A DNA stretch of 64,000 nucleotides. It comes from Staphylococcus phage S6. Each line of letters starts with the position of its first letter. Within the stretch, counting starts at the first letter, position 1. The notes beneath the pieces were generated by a model that did not search any database, was not told where the DNA came from, and was given only the letters and a program-made list of their open reading frames with translations. The DNA is taken from sequence record LC680885.1. The stretch is one strand, 5' to 3'. This document shows, piece after piece, positions 63,271-64,000 of the stretch. A program made the position numbers and the translations under genes.

Positions 63271-64000
63271 TTATCTCACATCACTTTCAAAATTACTTAA
63301 TGACATACGCACTATAGATATTTGACCTAATTGTGCACTTCCTGTAGAACCTGTTATAGAAAGCTGTATCAGTAAATATTTATTAAAATTATCAGGAACT
63401 CCTAAATCTATAGTTGCTATTCTTGTTGAAGTATCAACTTTAGAACTTCCTGTTACCCCTATTTCTTTATGCATTTTTATATCACTATTTGTTTTCCAAC
63501 CCATACCATCACTAAATGTAATATAAAGATTATTGCCTTCAGTTACTGTTGCCCTGTAAACAAATTTTAGATATCTTCTATTATGATGATAACTAAATAC
63601 ATTTAGTGTCGCTTTGTCTTTACCTGATGATTCATCTAATTGTGCATTATCGTAACCATATTTATAAATATCTCTATAAATATTATATGTTCCAGCTCTA
63701 GTATCGTCTAATACTATAGGTCTAAAGTTTTTTTCATTGGTAGCATGAGCAGATCCACTAACCCAGTTCCAAGTTCTAACTCCAGGCATAGTAGGCATAA
63801 AGTTAGTTTCAGATAAGAACATACCTTCAACCATTTGGTCAACACCGTTTTTTCTTATATTTAATCCAGTTGAATTTATTTCCACAAAATTATCAGTATC
63901 TAGAGCACTTTTTGATATTCTCAATACATCATTTGTAAATGAAAGATTGCCTTTATTATTATATATTTTAACTTTATCCGTATTTAGATCTATACTACTA
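63271..64000 (-). CDS. Structural protein, possibly tail fibre/receptor-binding C-terminal part; partial, continues past the window end
   Basis: The frame stays open upstream of the track's start at 63924 all the way to 64000. Confidence 0.4.
   Translation of the reverse strand, partial: SSIDLNTDKVKIYNNKGNLSFTNDVLRISKSALDTDNFVEINSTGLNIRKNGVDQMVEGMFLSETNFMPTMPGVRTWNWVSGSAHATNEKNFRPIVLDDTRAGTYNIYRDIYKYGYDNAQLDESSGKDKATLNVFSYHHNRRYLKFVYRATVTEGNNLYITFSDGMGWKTNSDIKMHKEIGVTGSSKVDTSTRIATIDLGVPDNFNKYLLIQLSITGSTGSAQLGQISIVRMSLSNFESDVR

Noticed and set aside
1-64000. Search for tRNA, rRNA and CRISPR arrays
   Set aside because: I found no GTTCGAATCC-like T-arm, no cloverleaf-compatible GC-rich 70-90 nt islands apart from the intron-like segment, and no regularly spaced direct repeats with unique spacers.

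Overview
This 64 kb window is very AT-rich (about a quarter GC) and densely packed with genes. Everything from position 1 to about 55.7 kb is coded on the plus strand (more than 100 ORFs, plus one convergent HU-like gene on the minus strand). From 55.7 kb to the end the genes run on the minus strand. Plus-strand genes have strong AGGAG-type Shine-Dalgarno sites 7-11 nt upstream, sometimes with TTG/GTG starts, and several products have Gram-positive lipoboxes. Recognisable products:
- **RNA polymerase pieces:** three fragments of a split, sigma-independent multisubunit RNA polymerase: beta N-terminal part 32435..34057, beta' N-terminal part 34057..35367 (contains GADYDGD), beta C-terminal part 16759..18900.
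- **DNA replication and repair:** a RecA-family recombinase, an NAD-dependent DNA ligase (KxDG, Cys4 finger, BRCT), a DnaG-like primase (Zn ribbon + TOPRIM) and an HU/TF1-like DNA-binding protein.
- **Cell-surface functions:** a processive family-2 glycosyltransferase (DxD + QRLRW), several lipoproteins and many small membrane peptides.
- **Late module (minus strand):** tail-fibre-like and holin-like proteins.

My reading is a jumbo-phage-like genome of an AT-rich Gram-positive host, resembling AR9/PBS1- or phiKZ-like phages that carry their own multisubunit RNAP. I could not identify it more precisely from sequence alone.

Features worth a second look:
- The window opens inside what looks like a group I intron. 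It carries a free-standing Vsr/DUF559-like homing endonuclease with five zinc-ribbon repeats, then a GC-rich structured RNA segment and an exon-like ORF with no RBS.
- The motif TATATTATAA occurs about 14 times in intergenic DNA, always upstream of plus-strand genes and usually followed by a hairpin. It is a candidate phage-RNAP early promoter.
- A family of five near-identical hairpins (GAGGTAATGACAT...ATGTCATTACCTC-TAATATA) shows G·U-compatible substitutions on the plus strand only.
- About 14 otherwise diverse ~150-220 aa proteins, in two tandem arrays (26.5-29.9 kb and 48.3-54.9 kb), all end in a conserved tail EKEYKxxxVKxxFK.
- The 39.4-42.7 kb region is a mosaic of repeated intergenic modules and small duplicated genes.

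No tRNA, rRNA or CRISPR arrays were seen.
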